The notes under the pieces are model-generated. The model was given only the letters and a program-made list of their open reading frames with translations. It had not been told where the DNA came from and ran no database searches. A stretch of 48,776 bases of DNA. Source: Octopus bimaculoides (taxonomy: Eukaryota). Shown here piece after piece: positions 23,458 to 36,570 of this stretch (its first letter is position 1; each line of letters opens with the position of its first letter). The position numbers were made by a program, and so were the translations under genes. Location of the stretch: the NCBI RefSeq assembly GCF_001194135.2, contig NC_069000.1, forward strand, positions 42,406,189-42,454,964. Reading direction: 5' to 3'.

Positions 23458-23650
23458 TTAGAAGAGCCAATTAAAAAAAAAATGATCCCTGAGTTTATAA
23501 CGAATATAATAAAGATTACTAATGGTGGATCTCCGTCGTTCAACATGTGGATTCAAATGTTCGATCAATTGAGTTATCTGCTCCTGAATTAACGTGTAAG
23601 TACCCGTGTATTCCAAAGACACGAGTACCTTCATCGGAATTTTCATGCAG
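23458..23650 (-). mobile_element. Possible Penelope-like element fragment
   Basis: VSLEYTGTYTLIQEQITQLIEHLNPHVE...SNLYYIRYKLRD loosely resembles the linker between RT and GIY-YIG in Penelope elements. Confidence 0.35.
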
Positions 23651-25413
23651 AATCAGAACGACAGCATGTATGATAAATACAATCCACTCGATAGACTTCT
23701 AAACAGTTTCTGTATATCCAATATCACAAGGCACAGGTCGACCTGAAACTATAAAAAAAAAAATTGTCCAAAATACTATGCAGTGGGATCGAGCCCATTA
23801 CTTTACGATTGCGAAGCAAAGTTCTTAACCATTCGCCCATGTCGCACCAACACCGACGTTACAACTACTACGATTACAACTTGAAAGTGGGACGACTGTT
23901 GTTTAATTTCGTATTAACTCCTGATCTAATAAAATCTATAAGCAAAAGGAGACATTTTAGCCATGTCAATCCCCCGCCTTTTTTTTCTTTTTTCTTTCTT
24001 TTTGTAGGCATAGGTTAACTAGGATTACCATTTTCTCATGAGTCTTGGAATTTTTAAAAACGACAGAAAATGATTCGAAAGAAATTTCGTTGTTACATGT
24101 CGCAGTGGACAGATCATGGGAAATATTGTTCTCTTGCTCGCTCGTAGTGTGAAATAGTTCGGAGTTTATGTAACAGAAAGATATGTCTGCAAGTCAAAAC
24201 GAAAGATGGCCCGTTTCTAAATTATCGCTCGAAGCTCCCTCCCAAACACTTAGAAAACCCAAATAACAGATACCCGTTGTTACCATTATTTAGACCCAAA
24301 TTAGCTCTGATCTAACAGATCGTTTAACCTTTTTGTCTTTCCAAACCATTTTCATAAATTTGTCTTAAAAGTCCATGCTTGTTTCATGTTCTTAGTAAAA
24401 TAAAGCTTTCCTTTTATGGATCATATATGATGTAGAGACACCGGGGAGATCTGTCCTGTGTGCCATATATGATAAACAGGACAGGAAAAGAAAGGGTTAA
24501 AATATTTCCAGTGATGATCATCACGTCTCTTTAAAAAGCGTTCTATTTGTGACCAACCATCGTGTCTTTTTAAGCCTTTTGCCTGTCCAAAACATTCTAA
24601 GTTTGTCCTATTGTCCATGTTTGTTTTCAGATTTTCAGTTAACCCTTATTTCATACGTTCTGAGTAATTAATATAGAACTTTCCTTTCACAAGACCCAAA
24701 TTAATCCCGTGTTTGAGATAAAATTGGGAATGTGTATTATATAAGATGCATGGAATGACAGGGAGAAATGTCCTGTGTAATCGTATGCGATACACAGGAC
24801 AGGCAGAAGGTTAATCAAATGCATTACAACCGTGACAATCACGTCTTTTTGAAACATCTACGATTACAGTGTCCAACACGTACTTCCTTTCTTAGGAAGA
24901 TAGGATGTGATTTGAGAGATTCAGTAATTATTTTTATTATGTCTAAACGAAGGGACGATATGATCTGAAATAGATTCAGTTATTTATTCTGTGTAATATT
25001 GATGCTACCTTGATCGATCGCAAGGTCCTGACATATTTTTGTCTTTTAGATGAGTAAACTCTCAGGATATTGTTTATTTACATAACTTTCCAAGGCGTAC
25101 ACAGAAGATACGATGTACAACCTTGTGAGAACAAAACATGTATAACGAAAACCCTGAAGCTAGTTTGGTGGTAGCCTGTAACGCATAGTAACTTGTTCAA
25201 AACTACTTGGTATTTAACATAATAGCCAACCATTCAAGGATACACTCAAGGAAGAGCAGCTACTACAAACTAACAGACCAGCTTCCAGCCATTAAGCGAC
25301 AAGAAAATTGCTAGAAAAAAAATTAAGGCGTGTTCCAGCATGGCCGCAACCCTACGACAGTAACCATTAAAAGAATAAAAGATACACATAAGTGGACTTT
25401 CGGAATGTCCGCG

Positions 25414-25460
<47 letters not shown>

Positions 25461-26315
25461 ATATATAAAGCATCGTGTATAATTTGTAATTTAAATACAT
25501 TACATGTGTAGAACGTTTATACAAGCATATACACACACATACAAACAATGATTTGCACATAAATATAACCAAACACGGCCGATTAATAATATATTAGATG
25601 TATATATAGTTATAAGGGGTTTTAGTACGTGTTTCGATCAGAACTTCACCGTACAGAGAGGCAAACAACTGGCATTTCGTCAGATTATGACATTTATATG
25701 TTATTTAAACACTGACACAACATGAGAATAGAAAGTCAAAGCACATATGTGTATAGTCCGTCTGTAATTATGTATACAACTGTGCTTTGACTACAGCATT
25801 AGCTCTTATTTCTAGCAGTGTATGTGTCTCTAGCACCCTAGTCGCATTTAGTTACAATTATAGTTTTCCTTTTTGGTAAAACACTGCACACGGCTGTATA
25901 TTATACACACACACACATTCAGAACACTGTTGTTTATTCCAATTAACGTCCCGAAACTATTAACCATACCTCGATAACATCCCTCCATCAACAAGACATG
26001 ATATATTTAAAAGTACATTTTGAAATAAAAGATCAAATTTTTATACTCGATATTAAATACTCACAAGTAAGATGGAATTAAATTTTTACTTTTCCTCTTT
26101 CTTTAGCGATGTTTTTAGTTTTCCTGGTGTTTATATATGTGTGTATGTATGTGTGTGTGTATGTGTATAAAAGCTCCTTCCTCTGTGATAGTAATTTCAC
26201 CGACTTCAAGAAATTTAGCAGGATGAGGGGTTGAAAGAAAGTTTCGTTAATAAATAAAATATATATATATATAAAAATGTGGTGGTATATAATATATAAG
26301 CTATATAAATATGTG

Positions 26316-26369
<54 letters not shown>

Positions 26370-26629
26370 TTTAGTTTTTAAAAATACTATAAAATATTAT
26401 GATAATAAACTATTGCTTCTTTCAAAAGTTCCACTACGTTTTGTTGCGTTTGTGTTGCTTTTTCCCCAAACTTACTATTGTCATCCTGACATGGTCACAT
26501 GCATACTACTGCTGATGCTGCACTGAAAGCATTCATAGAAATTGACCTCATGACGTCAAAGGTGATAAGCGTTTTCATTGGCTAATTTTGTACTTTTTTT
26601 TCATAGTTTACAGTTTATCTTCCGTTTTT

Positions 26630-27035
26630 TTAATCTTTTACTCGTTTCAGTCATTGGACTGCGGCCGTCCATGCTGGAGCACTGCTATTTCCTTTTTTTT
26701 TTGTATGTCTGGTGCTTATTCTGTCGTTCTCCGCGTAGAACGGTTAAGTTACGGGGACGTAAACGAACCTATACCGGTTGTCAAGCGGTGGGGCAGACAT
26801 TTAGCTAGTTAAATAGATAGTGTAGATAAATACTGACATGTCTATGTACTCTTTTACTTGTTTCAGTCGTTTGACTGTGGCCATGCTGGAGCACCACCTT
26901 TAGTCAAGCAAATCAAGTCCAGGACTTATTCTTTGTAAGCCTAGTACTTATCCTATCAGTCTCTTTTGCCAAACCGCTAAGTTACGCCAGCATCAGTTGT
27001 CAAGTGATATTTGGGGGGACAAGCACACACCCACA
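26630..27035 (-). mobile_element. Two family A SINE 3' parts
   Basis: cttttactcgtttcagtcattggactgcggcc...gctggagcac repeated at about 26630 and 26847. Confidence 0.75.
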
Positions 27036-27833
27036 AACATATGCACAGGCATACATATATAGCAACATTCTGTTTTATTGAAGAATAGTTTGACCACTAT
27101 GATTACATTGTAAGGAACGACCGTGCGAACTCATAAAAGGAGATATGGTGACGAATGGAAAAACAGAGGACTCCTTTTATTTAAACGCGTCACACGGTCG
27201 AACACACAAAATATATATATCAATGATGATATACATGATATGTTATACGACGATAACATAGATGACCAGCAATGAAAGACCACAACCGTATTAGATGAAT
27301 AACAGAAATATTTATTGTGGCGTAAAAGATGTATGTCTGTGTGAGAGTGTGAATGCGACATATAAGAACATAATCAAAGACAGGCCGTCGTACAAAGAAA
27401 AGTATGTATGTGAGTGATACATGTGTGTGTATGTGAGTTATTACAGCAGATAGAAAGAGTCAGTAAATANNNNNNNNNNNNNNNNNNNNNNNNNNNNNNN
27501 NNNNNNNNNNNNNNNNNNNNNNNNNNNNNNNNNNNNNNNNNNNNNNNNNNNNNNNNNNNNNNNNNNNNNNNNNNNNNNNNNNNNNNNNNNNNNNNNNNNN
27601 NNNNNNNNNNNNNNNNNNNNNNNNNNNNNNNNNNNNNNNNNNNNNNNNNNNNNNNNNNNNNNNNNNNNNNNNNNNNNNNNNNNNNNNNNNNNNNNNNNNN
27701 NNNNNNNNNNNNNNNNNNNNNNNNNNNNNNNNNNNNNNNNNNNNNNNNNNNNNNNNNNNNNNNNNNNNNNNNNNNNNNNNNNNNNNNNNNNNNNNNNNNN
27801 NNNNNNNNNNNNNNNNNNNNNNNNNNNNNNNNN

Positions 27834-28020
27834 NGTGTAGACGCTGGTGGTGTAGAGGCTGCTTGGTAGTAATCGTGTTGGTCATGACGATGATGCTGGA
27901 TAGTAGTCGTAGACTCTTGTTGCTGATGTGGCGACGGCGGTGGTCATCGTTGGCTGAAGCTGTTGAAGTGGTCGCTGGCTGATTGTTGCTGCTGCTGTCG
28001 TGTGGTACACGGAACAGTCT
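27834..28020 (-). other. Candidate 5' exon (UTR or N-terminal) of the PY-motif gene, truncated by a gap
   Basis: GC-richer, CAG/CAA/CAT-rich unique segment just downstream (minus strand) of promoter-like motifs. Contains ATGs at 27947 and 27885. The donor would lie in the gap 27470-27833, and the link to exon 9466 is unproven. Confidence 0.35.
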
Positions 28021-28109
28021 CTAAAAGAAACTGGACCAAGACAAATTGTTGGGTATGAGTTGATCTATTTAAGGCGTTAAGGGGGCTCCCAGACGGGAGT
28101 AGAAAAACA

Positions 28110-28165
28110 CTATCATGTGACCTTATTAAGGGCTGTGATTGGTCAGTTTGCGTTCTGGCGGGAAC
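28110..28165 (-). promoter_or_regulatory. Putative promoter: E2F-like TTCCCGCCA, CCAAT box and TCATGTGAC E/M-box
   Basis: Plus-strand tggcgggaa 28156-28164, gattggtcag with ATTGG at 28138-28142, and tcatgtgac 28113-28121, clustered in a CpG-enriched island within AT-rich DNA. Confidence 0.45.
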
Positions 28166-28365
28166 GGTTCGAAGAAGTTGCCGATTCGAATAATGATCAG
28201 TCCCGTGATGACAAGGTTGATGTTTTCCGCTACGTCCGTGTTTGTTTATATTTAAATGAGAAGAATGGCAATAGCAGTTTTGTATCTAATGGTGATAGGT
28301 AGTTTCACTACAACATCATGAAAAATAGTCTCTATCATCAAGTGATTTTAAGTGATTTACTGCAT

Positions 28366-28760
28366 ACCTCTCCTGCCTGGAGAGAAGACGGGAGAGGTAT
28401 GCAGTAATATACATCTGGAAGATCCTGGAAGGAATTGTGCCAAATTTTGGCATTGAAAGCTACACCGATGCCAGAATGGGACAACACTGCATAGTGCCAA
28501 AGATCCCAGCAATGCCATCATGCTTCAGGACTAGTTACTGCAACAGCCTGGGTTTCAGGGGCCCACAGCGTTTTGATATTCTCCCAAAGAACCTGAGGAA
28601 CCTGCACAAGGTAGATGTAGGTGTTTTTAAATCAAAGCTGGACCTCTTCCTGTCGAGAGTCCCAGATGAACCTACCTCACAGCAAGAGGTGCAAATGAGG
28701 GTAACTGCATCAAACTCCATTCTTCACCAAGTACCACATATTGGAGGAGGATCTCAGTAA
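28366..28760 (+). mobile_element. CR1-clade LINE 3' fragment
   Basis: LSCLERRRERYAVIYIWKILEGIVPNFG...SLGFRGPQRFDILPKNLRNL...FKSKLDLFLSRVPDEP, a typical CR1 ORF2 C-terminus. Confidence 0.85.
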
Positions 28761-29778
28761 TAACAGTGCAGCAAAACGGTGGTGCATCAGCATGGCTGCA
28801 GCTCTGAGCTGAAACTAAACTCCCTCCCCACAAAAAAAGGTACAAAGAGAAGATTTAAACCAACCCACTTTGTTAAGCCATTACCAATACAAGTAAATAC
28901 GTTTGAAGAACCACTGAAAATTTAAAAACCACTCAACAGTATACTTAGGGCAGAGATCAGACACAATAAAATTTCATGGATCACTATAATAATTATTCAT
29001 GTGTCCAATGAAGACTGTAGAACGCAATAAAAGATGAGAGAATGATAGAGAAAGAAAAAGAAAATTGTCAATGCTTCTCCAAATGTATTCACATTGCTAT
29101 CTATGATTAAAATCACCATGCTTCCTGCCATCATCATTTCTTATCTATGTTAAAAATCACCTGATGATAGCAGATTTTTTTTCATGGTGTAATCATATCA
29201 ATCAAACTATTCATCAATAAAAAAAAAAAATGCTGCTGAAACAGCCATTGTGAATTTTTAAACTACACTTCTGTTCTTCTTTTATATATTGGGTCATCTC
29301 ATTAATTAAGCGGCTTTTTTGTGGGCTATAGTGCTCCATATATGACCAAAAGACTTCACTATTAAGTTAGACATGGCCTGGGCCTATACTGGCCGAAACC
29401 TAGCAAAGTTATAATACATGGTGGGTGTCTCCGAAATGTCAAAGAGCAGACACAAAAGCATTCCATGAAATGGCATCATCCAAGTAACATGTGGACAAGT
29501 AACATCCTACCAATGAGTTGAAAATCTGAAAACAAGGAACAAGGGAGATAACTCAAAGATCTTTTCTTTCTTTAGTCAGTACAAATGGTATAAATGAAAG
29601 AGTTTCTTGTTATTAAAGCCAATGTGTAAAAGTAACAGGCATGTTTCGGTATTAGTAGACTTCCAGTCATTTCAGACTTGATAAAATAAGTACCAGCTGT
29701 GTACTGGGGGTTGATGTAACCAACATGCTCCTTCCCTGAATTTGCTGGTGTTGTTCCAAAATTTGAAATCAATATTAC

Positions 29779-29945
29779 TCTCTTTTACTTGTTTCAGTCA
29801 TTTGACTGTGGCCATGCTGGAGCACCGCCTTTAGCCGAACAAATCGACCCCAGGACTTATTCTTTGTAAGCCTAGTACTTATTCTATCGGTCTCTTTTGC
29901 CAAATCACTAAGTTACGGGGACGTAGACACACCAGCATCGGTGCT
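29779..29945 (-). mobile_element. Family A SINE 3' part
   Basis: Near-identical to 1189-1300 (aatcgaccccaggacttattctt...cctagtacttattctatcggtctc). Confidence 0.8.
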
Positions 29946-30234
29946 ATTGTAAACTTACATGAGTGAATGGGTGAAAAAACAAAATAGGAATTTTGAAAGA
30001 AGTATCTATAGAACTAGTTTTTAAGTGTGGAATGGCTATGGGGTCCACCAGAGAAAAAAAGTAACCAAAGGGATCCATTGGTTTTTTAAAATGGTTGAGA
30101 ACCACTGAGCTAGATAGACCATATACGTTTTCAGTTTATAATTTCATCCCTTTGAATTCTGAGTTCAAATCCCACTGGAACTGACTTTGCTTTTCCTGGA
30201 ATTTTTCCCTATACTCGTTGCCAACCCTTACCTT

Positions 30235-31200
30235 ACTGACAGCATCCCTGTGCAAGGTTTATACATCTCTTACCAACCACTTGTCTATCCTCAGTTTCCA
30301 CATTGACCACCAGATAAGGGATCAGGGACCCTGTCAAAGCTTTCTCTGTGTCAACGAAAGCCAAGTACAGAGGTTTATCTTTGGCTAAGTATTTCTCCTG
30401 CAGCTGTCTTACCATAAATATAGCATCAGTGGTACTTCTCCCTAGCACAAACCCAAACTGCATCTCATCTAAACTACTCTCCCTAATCAGTTGGGCTATG
30501 ACCCTCTCCCTGACATTCATTACCTGATCCAACAACTTGATACCTCTGTGATGATTCATATCTAATGCGTCACCTTTACCTTTGTATTAGTTGGCTATGG
30601 TACTGCTACACCAGTCATTGCGTATGACTCCTTTGTGTATCACCTGATTGACTATATGGGTGACTAAACCATAGCCAACACTGCCAGATATTTTAAACAT
30701 CTCTGTGGTGACTCCTGATGGGCCGGGAGCTTTCCCTGTCTTCATACCCTTAATTGCTTTATCTACCAAGGTGCTGTCAATTCAATAGCTGGTCCCTCTG
30801 TTGGGTCGACATTTGGCAGACTCTCTTTCTCCCATTCATTCTCTTCATTTAGCAACCTTTCATAGTGGCATCTCCAAATCTCTCTCTTTGTAGCCTCATT
30901 AAATGCAAGTGGACCATCCTCCGTGTGGACACATTTCTCTTTCACAACGCAGAACATCGGTACATTTCTTCTTATCTACTTCTCCTCTGGCTAAGCAAAC
31001 CTGTCTCCTAGCTGCCCTTCTGGCAATCTAATACAGTTCTCTGCTACCACCATTCTTCCAATCATTCCAAGCCTGTTTCTTTTGTCTAATAGCCCTGTCA
31101 ACTACAGTGTTCCACCACCATGTTACTTTACATCAAAAGACGACTTTGCACCACCCACAGATCTGGTCAGTAGCCCTCAACAAGTTGTCCTGTAGGATGA
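30235..31200 (-). mobile_element. RTE LINE ORF2 fragment (pre-RT and RT domains 0-3), frameshifted
   Basis: WWWNTVVDRAI..., AIKGMKTGKAPGPSG, HRGIKLL...QFGFVLGRSTTDAIFMVRQLQEKY..K.KPLYLAFVD.EKA spread over several frames. Confidence 0.9.
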
Positions 31201-31476
31201 GTAAGATAAAGAGAAAGGGTGAAAAAGAGAAAGAGAGCAATAGTGAGAGATAACAGTAGGAAAGATGTGTCGTGACGTGCACTCGAGGGATATTGCGGGT
31301 GGTAAGAATAAATGAGCAGGAACTGGTTGAAGAAACAACTTGAGAAAGAAGGAGAGAGGATATAAAACTCTACTGTCGTTTATTTTTCTCCTTAAAGGAC
31401 ACTATCCGATCTGAAACATAGGGTTCTCCACTCCCCACGGCAAGTTCACTGGACTCTATCACTGATCACCATATAA

Positions 31477-31509
<33 letters not shown>

Positions 31510-31994
31510 TTTATATGCGTCACAGTCTCCTTGTCTTCACATCGTATGACAGTCGTAAACTTTCCTAACTNNNNNNNNNNCCTACTGTTGCATTTAGCCC
31601 CAGGAGAACATCTCCTCCAGCTGGCTATTGACATACTTTCTGTGCATATATATTATATATATATATATATATATATGCACAAACAAACAAATACATACAC
31701 CGATTTTTAATATATACAACCAACTATATTAACTGGGACGAATTTCAACTCAGCTTGGGTGGTTGACGTGCTAGAAATGGCAGCCAAATTCCCATTATAA
31801 CCTTCCAATTCTTAAAAAAAACGGTATAAATGACTACATTGCATAATATAATATTAAATATACATTTCCGTGTAATGCCCTTTGAACACCGGTTTGACTC
31901 GTAGTTAAATAATATCAACAAAATCTCCTAAAAGGGGGAAAAACGCAAAATCAGGTGGAGTTGGAATAAGATAATATATGTTTGTATATATATA

Positions 31995-32170
31995 TCCCGT
32001 TACATGGTTACAACAAACGGTCGGAATGTATTGATTGGCCAATGAAAATAAAGGTAAGCCAGAATATTTAGTAAATATTAGCCAATGAAAATTAGCGTAA
32101 CAAATTGCTTCTACAACGACATCAAATCACGCACCAATCAGCGCCTTCGGCACAGAATTTAAACTTTACA
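31995..32170 (+). promoter_or_regulatory. Putative Aurora kinase promoter with NF-Y CCAAT boxes, MYB sites and a CHR-like element
   Basis: ATTGG/CCAAT at 32034-32043, CCAAT at 32082-32086 and 32134-32138; CCGTTA (reverse TAACGG) at 31997-32002, AAACGG at 32015-32020; TTTAAA at 32158-32163; followed by a strong donor at 32239. Confidence 0.6.
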
Positions 32171-32238
32171 AAACAATCCTGCCATCAGCTTGACGTTTTT
32201 TAAAATCTTCTCTTCATTAATTTTATATTTATAAGTTG
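32165..32238 (+). other. Probable non-coding exon 1 of Aurora kinase (start approximate)
   Basis: Ends at TTG|gtaagt (32238/32239) and contains no ATG. It would splice to the acceptor tattgcag|G at 36538/36539, leaving 32 nt of UTR before the ATG at 36571. Confidence 0.5.
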
Positions 32239-33391
32239 GTAAGTAAAACTAATTTTTGGATTAATTATTCGATTAATCAATCTATTATTTCTTCCATATT
32301 TCTATTGAATATTTCTATTTACAATATCTGTTATTTTCCTTTTGTATTTCAACCATTATTGGCCGTTTTTTCCCTCTGGTTTTTCGCCTCAGTTTGTAAA
32401 AAAGCTTTGTAAGCTTGGCTTTTTATCTTTAAATGTCGACAAAATTATTATTTAAATTCTATTTATTCCCATTGTGTATGAAATAAGCTTTTATTCGTAA
32501 AGAAATGAAAGTATGTCGCAGGATATTTTCAAAAAAAATCTGATTCTTTGAAAGTACTACATCAAATATATTTGAAGTACATTTAAAGTACTACATGAAA
32601 TATATATACATCAAGTACATTTAATATACATCAAATATATTTAAAGTATTACATGAAATATATATATACATCAAATATATTTAAAGTACTACATCAAATA
32701 TATTTGAACTTAGTAATAAGTGTGTACACATTTGCGGTGTGTTGATGGTTATATTTTTCATATAATATACATATATTTGCGTTGTATATGTGTGTTTATA
32801 TACATACATGTGTTATATATATATGTACATATAATATAGTAATAATATTGGGGATAAAATCCAAAATTACAGATAAAAACTCAATTAAAATCAATGAGTC
32901 TATGAACTTTTGTACATATAATATATTTAGCTTTAAGTCCTAAAAGATTCGGTTCAAAGTAATCGTTCAAAAATTTTCATCTATTCGAAAATACCTGTCG
33001 TTGTAAATTGATAACTTTTTAATAAAGGATAAAATGCTGCGAAATTCAATAATACTAAATTATAGACATTTTCACTTAATGAATTTGTAATTTTAATGTT
33101 CTTTAAACTTTGAAACTTTTGAGATTCTTCTGAAAGACATCATTATTCCTCTTTTTTTTTTTTTAGGAATTAATCAAATTTCTTTATTTGATAAATTTTT
33201 AGGGCTCGATACTTTATTTGATGTCTATATATTTTGTTTGGGACCACTTTCTGTACAGTTATAACCCAAAGTCAACTTGTTTTCAGAACCTACCTACAAA
33301 GTCCGCCATTGCAGATCCTATAATTGCTCTCCCTTTTTCTTTTCAGTATTAATGTTAACATTTCAAATACCTATATTTGCATTTAGGTGTG

Positions 33392-33429
<38 letters not shown>

Positions 33430-34237
33430 ATTTAAATAAGAGCCATAACGCAATCCATAGTAAAACTTGTTTAATAACCTATGTACATTTCAATGCAATA
33501 TGCCGACTCATTTGGTAGAGATCTAAATATACAAATATATATATATATATATATACATACAATGATATTTATAGATTACAAAGGACTAATTTATTTGTTA
33601 TTACTCCATATGCTGGTTTAACTTTTTGAGCCAAGGGGAAAAAGTACTGAATATGAAAGGTCCCAGCTCGGCTCTGTTCAAACGTTTCGTCTTCTGGCAC
33701 ACTATCCACGACCATATTACCCAATGTTTCCCTATTTTTTTTTCTCTCCTTTTTTTCAACCAGACAGTGATCTGACTGCTATTTCTAGCATATTGTTGGA
33801 TCACACAAGCGCCATTGTTGCTTCGTTTCTGTAGCTTATATAATTTCACCTGTTATCATCCCCTCGCTCTGTAACGATGATAATATTAACAGTAATAATT
33901 CTTTTGGCCCACAAAGGATTTCGTACTTGGAAGGCATTTATGTAATCATAAATTTAAAATGAAGTCGGTGCGATGCTTGCAAAGACATGTGTGAAGAACC
34001 TCAATGGTATATGCATAGCATATTAGTAGGCATAACTACAGAAATATACCCCACCCGACTTTGTTGCTTGATAACTTCCAGAAGAAACTTTCTACAAATA
34101 ATCGCTTAGATCCTGTAGATTGAAATTTACCAAGTGTTTCTCACGGGTTTTAAATGCGTAGTGAAAAAAAAAAGAAATGGCCAAATCCAGTCCGGGCTGC
34201 GGTGGTGTGAGAGAAAAAAAATCATAAATTTTCAGTT

Positions 34238-34269
<32 letters not shown>

Positions 34270-35366
34270 NNNNNNNNNNNNNNNNNNNNNNNNNNNNNNN
34301 NNNNNNNNNNNNNNNNNNNNNNNNNNNNNNNNNNNNNNNNNNNNNNNNNNNNNNNNNNNNNNNNNNNNNNNNNNNNNNNNNNNNNNNNNNNNNNNNNNNN
34401 NNNNNNNNNNNNNNNNNNNNNNNNNNNNNNNNNNNNNNNNNNNNNNNNNNNNNNNNNNNNNNNNNNNNNNNNNNNNNNNNNNNNNNNNNNNNNNNNNNNN
34501 NNNNNNNNNNNNNNNNNNNNNNNNNNNNNNNNNNNNNNNNNNNNNNNNNNNNNNNNNNNNNTTTTTTTTTTTTTTTTTTTTTTTTAGTAATAAAAATCTG
34601 GATTTAATCTAGGAATTAATTTAAAATAAAGACAGTCCACATGTCCAGTCGCCAAACTGGTTGACATAAGTAACCAGACTGAAGGTGAATATATAAAAGA
34701 AATGCTTATGTATTTTTTTCCCTTTTTGGTGTCACTTATCAAATATATCTTAATTTATTTTATTCTCACTTTACGTCAAAGAAGTGATCTTTCATTGTTA
34801 ATTAAAAATAAAATTGAGCTTGCACGTCGCCCTTAACAACATAGCATAACACGCGACAGGTCGTGCGATGCGGTGATGTGATTTTACAAAGCTCCAATAT
34901 ATTCCTTGACATGGTTTCTACAACTGGATGCCAACTACTTTAGAGTGTACTGGATGCTTTTTTTTTTTTTGCACCAGCACTAGTGAGGTTACCCTTAAAT
35001 GTGTTGGGGTTATAGTATTGAGAGGGACTGGAACAAGTGCCTCTGCTGAAGATACGTGGCTTCCTCGCATGTTTTCGGTTTGACATAGCACACAACTGTG
35101 AAATTAGGCACTGAAGTGTTAATAAAAAGAAAATACATGGACTTGCCCTAAATTCATATTAAGTTGGACTGGTCTGAACCATAAAGAATGAGATTTTTTT
35201 CTTACTGTAATTAAACTTGTTTTAATTCGGACGTTTGTAAAGTCTAAGTGGAAGAGTTTTAAGATAACAAATGACCTTCATATATTTGTTCTGAATATTT
35301 TTTGGCCGACATAATTTCTGAAGAAAAATAATGTTTGATACTGTTAAGGTCACAGTTAATCTAGTT

Positions 35367-35493
35367 CAGTGATTCCCAACCTTTTCGCTACCAAGGACCA
35401 CTTTTATTTGAATGAGTTTTCCCCATGGACCCCAGGATATCGAAAGGTCTTGTCAGCTCAACATGTTCACAGACCACAAGTTGGGAACCACTG
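35367..35493. mobile_element. hAT-type MITE (127 bp) with 8-bp TSD
   Basis: TIRs cagtgattcccaac / gttgggaaccactg; identical atctagtt at 35359-35366 and 35494-35501. Confidence 0.9.
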
Positions 35494-36079
35494 ATCTAGT
35501 TTGTAGATAGATAAGGAGATAAGTGGCCGTGTGATTTCTAATATTGGTACACTGCCAGAAATGTTTTTGGTGATAGGGCAGCTAAGTCGACCACAATTTA
35601 TTACTGGTACTTGTTGATCTTGGCTAGATTTGAGATCAATGTAAAGATCCCTTTTCCAGCCATCCCTCTATAGTTTCTGCTGCCCTGTTACCCTAGTCAC
35701 CGTCCTCATCATCATTTAATGTTTGTTTTCCATGCTGGCATGGGTTGTATGGTTTGACAGGAGCTGCCCAGGCTGCAATTGTCTGTTTTGGTTGGATGCT
35801 CTTCCTGATGCCAACCACTTTACTGGGGTGTACTGGGTCCTAATTACATGGCACCAGCACCTACCCCACAATGACCCTTTAGCATTCAGATTACTCTGTC
35901 AAATGAAATGCTTATTTTTTCACATTTAAAATTTTGTGTTATCTTGTAGCTTTCATATTCAGAAGATGTGATTGTTTATTCTTAGAATAACATTGTTGGA
36001 TAGGTATGAAAGGCCAGCTAACATATGTTTGGGCTGAATGTGGCTGGTTTAAATGCTTTCTTTTTTTTTTCCTTCTCAG

Positions 36080-36290
36080 CAAGGCTGTGTGGTAAGAGGC
36101 TTGTTTCCCAACCACATGGTTCCATGTTCAGTCGACACTGCGTGGCACATGGGGCAAGTACCTGGGCTGACCAAATCTTTAAGTGGGTTTGGTAGATGGA
36201 AATTGAAAGAAGCCTTTTGTACATCTATACATGTTTGTCCTTTACCACTTGACCACCGGTGTTGGTGTGTTTACATCCCTTTAACATTCT
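36080..36290 (+). mobile_element. Family A SINE (degenerate); further copies near 36849-36990, 41205-41530, 43690-43835 and 45560-45720
   Basis: ggctgtgtggtaagaggcttgtttcccaaccacatggttcc head. Confidence 0.7.
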
Positions 36291-36570
36291 ACTACCTAAA
36301 GTTGGTATATGTTTGATCACAAAACTAGAGAATTGAGCAATGTGGCCAAAGTAGGAATTATAAAAAAACATTCTAGTTTCACTCACACTTATTCTAAATA
36401 TCTTTCAAGGTTTATAAACGTCTTGTAATTTTTTTTTTTCAGTTGTCATAGCAACCTGTGCAAAAAGCTTCTTAACGATTCTTGTTCTTCTAAACTGAAT
36501 GTTTTTGTTTCTTTTCTATTGGTTTCATAATATTGCAGGTAGATTATTCTTCTTCTCCAACTCAGCCAGA

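Noticed and set aside
24430-24815. Two tgtcctgtgt...acaggacagg...ggttaa motifs suggesting piggyBac ends
   Set aside because: Both are in the same orientation and a matching left TIR could not be established; left unannotated.
31395-31430. Short resemblance (tttcagatcg on the minus strand) to U5 snRNA
   Set aside because: The match is too short, and the loop I and Sm-site sequences are absent.
33600-34220. Possible Tc1/mariner or other DNA-transposon remnant in Aurora intron 1
   Set aside because: No DDE motif or paired TIRs could be verified.
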